A stretch of DNA of 64,000 nucleotides from Planctomycetota bacterium (GTDB lineage: Bacteria; Planctomycetota; B15-G4; JADJEK01). The stretch covers positions 32,001 through 96,000 of the forward strand of contig JBGAIQ010000018.1 of assembly GCA_044225365.1 (NCBI GenBank), in the 5' to 3' direction. Of this stretch, positions 59,465 to 64,000 are shown in pieces; the stretch's first letter is position 1, and the number at the start of each line of letters is the position of its first letter. Position numbers and translations under genes: made by a program. The notes below the pieces were generated by a model that saw nothing but the letters and a program-made list of their open reading frames with translations, was not told the origin of the DNA and made no database searches.

Positions 59465-60222
59465 GACTCACCTCCGGCTACCTGGGTGATCGATCGGAAG
59501 ATCTTTTTCCGCGCTCGGCAGATGACCATTTTCAGGTTCTCGAGCTTGATGTCGAGGCGCTCGGATGCTTCACGATACCTTACGTTCTCCACTTCGACGA
59601 GTTCGAGCGCACGTCGCTCCCGATCGTTGAGGCGGCGATACGCCGTTAGATAGTTGCCGAGGATCAGCAACCACCGGATCCCGCATTCCCCACGGTTTTC
59701 GTCGTCTTCGAGGCTGGTGAGCGGATTCGGTTCGCTCTCGTCCTCGACCGATTCCGCTACGGCATCCGACACCAGCGTCGTCGCGTTGCTGCCCCGCAGG
59801 TGCTTCAGGATCGTGTTGCGAATGATCGAATACGACCAGTTTCGGAACGAGAACTCCTTCTCGTCACGGAATTTGTGGGGATATCGGAAGATCGAGAAGA
59901 AGACGTCCTGCAGGATGTCCTTGGGGTCGATCTGGGCGCGAACGAAGCGCAACCGCTTCATGATCGCGAGCAAGAACTCGCGATGATTGAGCTCGTAGAT
60001 CAACGAGTAGGATTCGAGGTTCCGGTAACACCGGAAGTTGTCCATGAGGCAGGTGTTGAACTGGGCGAGCGAGACCTCTTCGCGTTCGAACTTGCGGAAG
60101 ATGGCGAGCAAGCGCTCGTCGTGGGTCTCGCGGGCGATCCGCTCGACACGCGAAGCAATCTCCGCCGCGTCGAGCGTCCCGACGGCCTCCAGCACTCGAT
60201 TGCGATTCGAGCCCGTTGTCAT
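59461..60222 (-). CDS. Atypical ECF-like sigma factor with an N-terminal extension
   Basis: Sigma2 DPKDILQDVFFSIFRYP...FRNWSYSIIRN and sigma4 LNDRERRALELVEVENVRYREASERLDIKLENLKMVICRARKKI. Confidence 0.82.
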   Translation of the reverse strand: MTTGSNRNRVLEAVGTLDAAEIASRVERIARETHDERLLAIFRKFEREEVSLAQFNTCLMDNFRCYRNLESYSLIYELNHREFLLAIMKRLRFVRAQIDPKDILQDVFFSIFRYPHKFRDEKEFSFRNWSYSIIRNTILKHLRGSNATTLVSDAVAESVEDESEPNPLTSLEDDENRGECGIRWLLILGNYLTAYRRLNDRERRALELVEVENVRYREASERLDIKLENLKMVICRARKKIFRSITQVAGGES

Positions 60223-60625
60223 GAGGCGCCCACCTTTGTTGGACGGCGGTGACCCCTGAAATGGAGAAGCGACGGGCGAAACGAGTTCGCCCGTACCGGG
60301 TCACGCACGTTCTCGCTGCCGATGGGCGAGGTCGTCATTCCGGTTTCTCCGGCACCAGCCATTCCATCCATCGTGAATCGCTTCACGATGCGGGACCATG
60401 GCCAGAGCCGCGTCAGGGGCCCTACCGCTCCGTTCGCATTCGCACCCTCCCGCAAGGGTGGGTGCGGTGAGCGCGAGAACACGAACTGCGGTTCATCACC
60501 AGAATCGCTGCGGTCGTGAATCGCGAGGTCTCGAGCGAGGGGTCGATTCGGCCTTGGACACGTAAGGTGGGGAACGAGTTGCGGGCCGAAGTTCCGAGCG
60601 CTCTCTACGTCGATTCACTTGCCGA

Positions 60626-60633
60626 AGTATAAT
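60626..60633. promoter_or_regulatory. Overlapping divergent -10 hexamers
   Basis: AGTATAAT gives TATAAT on + (60628-60633) and TATACT on - (60631-60626), in an AT-richer patch between divergent genes. No good -35 on either strand. Confidence 0.45.
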
Positions 60634-60770
60634 GCGCAACCCGCCGCCGAGATATCTCGCTCCGGATCCGACTAGAAAAAGATTTCGATACGGAATGCCT
60701 CTTTGAAACGCCACTTAGAAGATTCCCGCCCTCCACTGAAACGAACTTTAAGTCGCAACGTCGACTCTTC

Positions 60771-63700
60771 GTGCGCGCGGACCTCCTACCTCCTGCGCGG
60801 GCATTGCCGCGTCGGAAGGCGCTCTTGAAGCCTTTTCGCGTCGCTCTTTCGCTCTTCGAGTGGATCGCCGGGGGCGTTGCCCTGTACGCCGCCGCGCAGC
60901 CAGCGCTGTACCAACTCCGTGTCTCGTATCGCCAGACCGATCGACTCTTCGAATTCTGGATCGCGACGCTCCTCCTCGTCCTCACCGTCCGCGCCGTTCG
61001 CCACTTCCGGGACGGACGCATCGGTATGAGTACCGCGACGCCTCCGCTGCGATCCCATCATGTCCTCCAACTCGCGACGCTCACCGCGAGCGCATCGCAG
61101 GCGATCGCGTTGCTCGCCCCCATCAACACGATCGAGACGGCGGCGGTGTCTCCGTCGTTCGCCGGCTTCTACCTCGCGGCGCAGGTCGCGATCGCGATCT
61201 TCATCGCCTGGCGAGCGGATCCCGACACTCTGCGCGGGTCGGCGATCCTCCTCGTCGTGCTCTCGGGTTTGAACGGCCGGTTGTTCAATGCCGATTTCGC
61301 GATCCTCCTTCCCCTCGCCCTCGCCACGATCGCCCGCTGGATCGACGCCGCGGATTCGGGAACGCGTCGTTTCACACTCTTCGAAGGCGGGCTCTTCGCG
61401 TTGATCGGTTGCGCGATCCTCGGCACGATCGTCGCACCCGAACCCGGCGCGTCGTACGCCGTCCTCGTCCGCTTCGCGTTCTTCGCCTTGCTCGCTGTCA
61501 TCGTGCGCGCCGCGGTGCGTTCGGAGCGTGACGCGAGGCAACAACTCGCCCTGCAGGTCGTCGTGGGACTCGCGATCTGCGGACTCACGATCCTCGCGGC
61601 CGCCCTCGCGCTCGAACACGCGACGCCGCGAGCGATCTTCAACACGCGCTTTCAGATCTTCAACGCCCATCCGAACCTCGTCGGTCCGTTCCACGCGGTG
61701 AATGCACTCCTTGCGCTCGGGTTCCTGCTCTACCTCGGGAGATCGCGTCCGCAGCGAGTCCTCGCGACGATCGGGCTCCTCGTCATGGTCGGGGTGTTGG
61801 TGCAAGCCGGTTCGAAGGCGGCGCTCGGTGCCTTCGTGTTCGGAGCGATGCTCCTCGGCTTGCTCGGGCGACCGGGCGTCGAACGCGGTGTGCGATCCGT
61901 GCTCGATCGCGCGTTCTCCAACCCGAAGATGATCCTCGCCGCCGTGCTCGTGCCCGTCGGGCTCGTGGCCCTCTTCCTCATCGCTCCACGCGGAATGCGG
62001 GACCGCATGACGCCGAGCGGCATCCGCCAGACCCTCGAGTACCGCCTCGACATCTGGGGCGCGACCCTCCACGTCATCAAGGATCATCCGTGGTTCGGCG
62101 TCGGTATCGAGAACTACTCCCTCGCGGCGTCGCACCTCGAGACGACGACCGCCCAGGATCAGACGAGCGACCCGCACCCCCACAACCTGTATCTCGCGGT
62201 CGCTCAGGCTGCGGGACTTCCGGGGCTCTTGTGCCTCCTCGTCGCGATCGTTGGACTGATGCTCCGCATGCTGCGGGCTCACCGGGTGGCGAACGACGTC
62301 ACGCGCCGCCATCTCCTCGTCACGTGCGGCGCGGGATTCGTCCTCATCCTGGCGGCGAGCATGCTCGACGTCGGACTCGGCCTCGGCACCTTCCTCCCGC
62401 CGTCGTTGCTCGTGCTCGGCGGAATCGCATCGGGTGTCGCGCAGATCGCGGATCCCGATCACGAGCCGTGGGACGCCGGGAGCCGCGGTTCCGGTTCGCT
62501 CGGGCGGAACGCCGCGCTCGTCCTGACGCTCGTCCTGTTCTCCGCCGTCACCCTGCGATCCGCCGCGGTATCGCGCGAGATCTACTCCGCGCGCCTCGCT
62601 CACCGCAGCGGCGAGATCGCGAGAGCGCGTGAGCACTACGAACGCGCAGCGGCACTCGATCCGATCAATACACAGATCTCGCTCGCGCTGATCGACGTCT
62701 ACAAGGACTCCTCGACGGGCAACGCGAATCGAGAAGCCTCACTGCAAGCGGCACTCGAGCGATTGCAGGCGATGGTTCGGCGAACGCCCGACGACGCCTC
62801 GCTGTACGCTCGAATCTCCCGGCTCTATCGCGAGATGAACCAACTCGAGGAGGCCGTCGCTGCCGCGCGACAGGCGATCCAACACGCACCCGAGACCGTC
62901 ACCGCCGCGCCCTACTATTCCGAACTCGGCCTCCTCCTCTGGGTCGGAGTGAAGGACCTCGACGGTGCGTTCGAGGCGTACAAGCGCGCCCTCATCCTCG
63001 ACATCGGCATCGTCAACCGAATCGTCTGGACCTACAAGGTGCGGCGCGAAGGCACCGCGTTCGACGATCAGTACATCGACGTCGACGGCAAGGACCCAAA
63101 GGATGCCCAGTCGCATCGTCGATTCCGACTCGAGGATCTGATCGCCTCGATCGTCGCCGACTACGAAGCGAAGATCGCCGCGGGCGAGCGTCCCGACATC
63201 CTCGAATGGCTCAAGGTCTATCACATGTACCTGAACGCCGGCGACTACGAGGAGGCCGAGCGGATCGCGGAGCGAATCGGCAAGTTCCCCAACTACAACC
63301 TGGTGACGATCGACCGCGAGATCGCCGACGTCGAACTGCGACGAGGCGACTACGACAAGGCGATCGAGTACTACCGGCGCGGGCTCGCCGCGCGCCCCAA
63401 CTTCACCATGTACATCGGAGCCGCCGAGGCCTATCGCCGGAAGGGTGATCTCGATCTCGCACGCGCCAATCTCGAGGCGAGCCTTTCGCTCAAGGAAGAC
63501 CTGATCGCGAGCGACTCGTTCTATCGCACGGTCTACTCGTCCCTCGCCGAGATCAGTGAGCAGCAGGGCAAGGTCTCCGATGCGCGGCGCTTCCTGCGCG
63601 ATCTCCTCTACTTCTCGCAATCGACGAGCGAGCGATTCGCACTGCTGCTTCGCCTCGCAAAGCTCGCGAGATCGGCGGGAGCGATCGACGACGCGACCCT

Positions 63701-64000
63701 CGCGATTCGCGAAGCGATCGACGTGCTCATCCTCAACGGCGTCGACCTCGTGAAGCAGGGGATCGACAATCCGGTGCGCGAACTCGCTCGCGAAACGGTC
63801 CTCGCTTTCTCAGCGAAGTACGGAGATCCCGGCCAGAGCCGCCAGGCGCTCCTCGATCTCTCCGATCCCGAGACGCAGCAATCGACGAGTCCGGCGTTCT
63901 CCGCGTTCGCAGCGTGGGTCCGCCTCGCGCTCGACGATCTCGACGGTGCCCACGAACTGCTCGCGCGCTCGCGTGAGGAGAATCGAATGAACCGCCTCGC
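60771..64000 (+). CDS. O-antigen ligase (Wzy_C)-like membrane protein with C-terminal TPRs; 3' truncated and absent from the ORF track
   Basis: Frame read from GTG 60771 and checked at several points to the window end. Motifs RFQIFNAHPNL, GSKAA, YRLDIWGATLHVIKDHPWFGVGIENY and HPHNLYL, followed by TPR-like helices. Confidence 0.85.
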   Translation, partial: MRADLLPPARALPRRKALLKPFRVALSLFEWIAGGVALYAAAQPALYQLRVSYRQTDRLFEFWIATLLLVLTVRAVRHFRDGRIGMSTATPPLRSHHVLQLATLTASASQAIALLAPINTIETAAVSPSFAGFYLAAQVAIAIFIAWRADPDTLRGSAILLVVLSGLNGRLFNADFAILLPLALATIARWIDAADSGTRRFTLFEGGLFALIGCAILGTIVAPEPGASYAVLVRFAFFALLAVIVRAAVRSERDARQQLALQVVVGLAICGLTILAAALALEHATPRAIFNTRFQIFNAHPNLVGPFHAVNALLALGFLLYLGRSRPQRVLATIGLLVMVGVLVQAGSKAALGAFVFGAMLLGLLGRPGVERGVRSVLDRAFSNPKMILAAVLVPVGLVALFLIAPRGMRDRMTPSGIRQTLEYRLDIWGATLHVIKDHPWFGVGIENYSLAASHLETTTAQDQTSDPHPHNLYLAVAQAAGLPGLLCLLVAIVGLMLRMLRAHRVANDVTRRHLLVTCGAGFVLILAASMLDVGLGLGTFLPPSLLVLGGIASGVAQIADPDHEPWDAGSRGSGSLGRNAALVLTLVLFSAVTLRSAAVSREIYSARLAHRSGEIARAREHYERAAALDPINTQISLALIDVYKDSSTGNANREASLQAALERLQAMVRRTPDDASLYARISRLYREMNQLEEAVAAARQAIQHAPETVTAAPYYSELGLLLWVGVKDLDGAFEAYKRALILDIGIVNRIVWTYKVRREGTAFDDQYIDVDGKDPKDAQSHRRFRLEDLIASIVADYEAKIAAGERPDILEWLKVYHMYLNAGDYEEAERIAERIGKFPNYNLVTIDREIADVELRRGDYDKAIEYYRRGLAARPNFTMYIGAAEAYRRKGDLDLARANLEASLSLKEDLIASDSFYRTVYSSLAEISEQQGKVSDARRFLRDLLYFSQSTSERFALLLRLAKLARSAGAIDDATLAIREAIDVLILNGVDLVKQGIDNPVRELARETVLAFSAKYGDPGQSRQALLDLSDPETQQSTSPAFSAFAAWVRLALDDLDGAHELLARSREENRMNRL

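Noticed and set aside
60219-60482. 87-aa upstream ORF overlapping the ECF start (ATGA), as a leader peptide
   Set aside because: No RBS, atypical codon usage and no motif. An ATGA overlap arises easily by chance. It cannot be excluded without ribosome profiling.

Overview
High-GC bacterial chromosomal DNA, probably a Planctomycetota lineage. This is inferred from the lepA-large lepB-lptB order, split coaB/coaC, secreted proteins starting D-x-V-x-x-K-D-G-x-K-(V/I)-E-G-K-I, and a kinase-sigma54 fusion. About 47 CDSs are tightly packed. Housekeeping genes include birA, rdgB, lepA, lepB, lptB, etfBA, purH, prfB (with its programmed +1 frameshift), coaB, coaC, clpB, queG, ygiQ, acs, metF, a uvrD/pcrA helicase and acpS. 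They are interleaved with signalling modules and exported proteins of unknown function. I found no rRNA, tRNA, CRISPR array, transposase or integrase. The most unusual features are: (1) a sigma54 activator reduced to its AAA+ core, with no recognisable sensor and no HTH, overlapping the uvrD/pcrA stop codon; (2) an atypical ECF sigma with a soluble zinc-finger/TPR anti-sigma, a downstream secreted protein and a highly structured upstream region of about 400 nt; (3) a 1730-aa Ser/Thr kinase-TPR-GAF-sigma54 activator divergent from two gluzincin-like secreted paralogs that lack zinc ligands; (4) a RpoE/RseA/RseB-like module with a clear autoregulatory promoter; (5) an apparently exported caspase-like protease; (6) a four-unit REP/REPIN-like palindromic cluster. 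All calls come from motif recognition by eye, with no database searches, and many start codons are my estimates.
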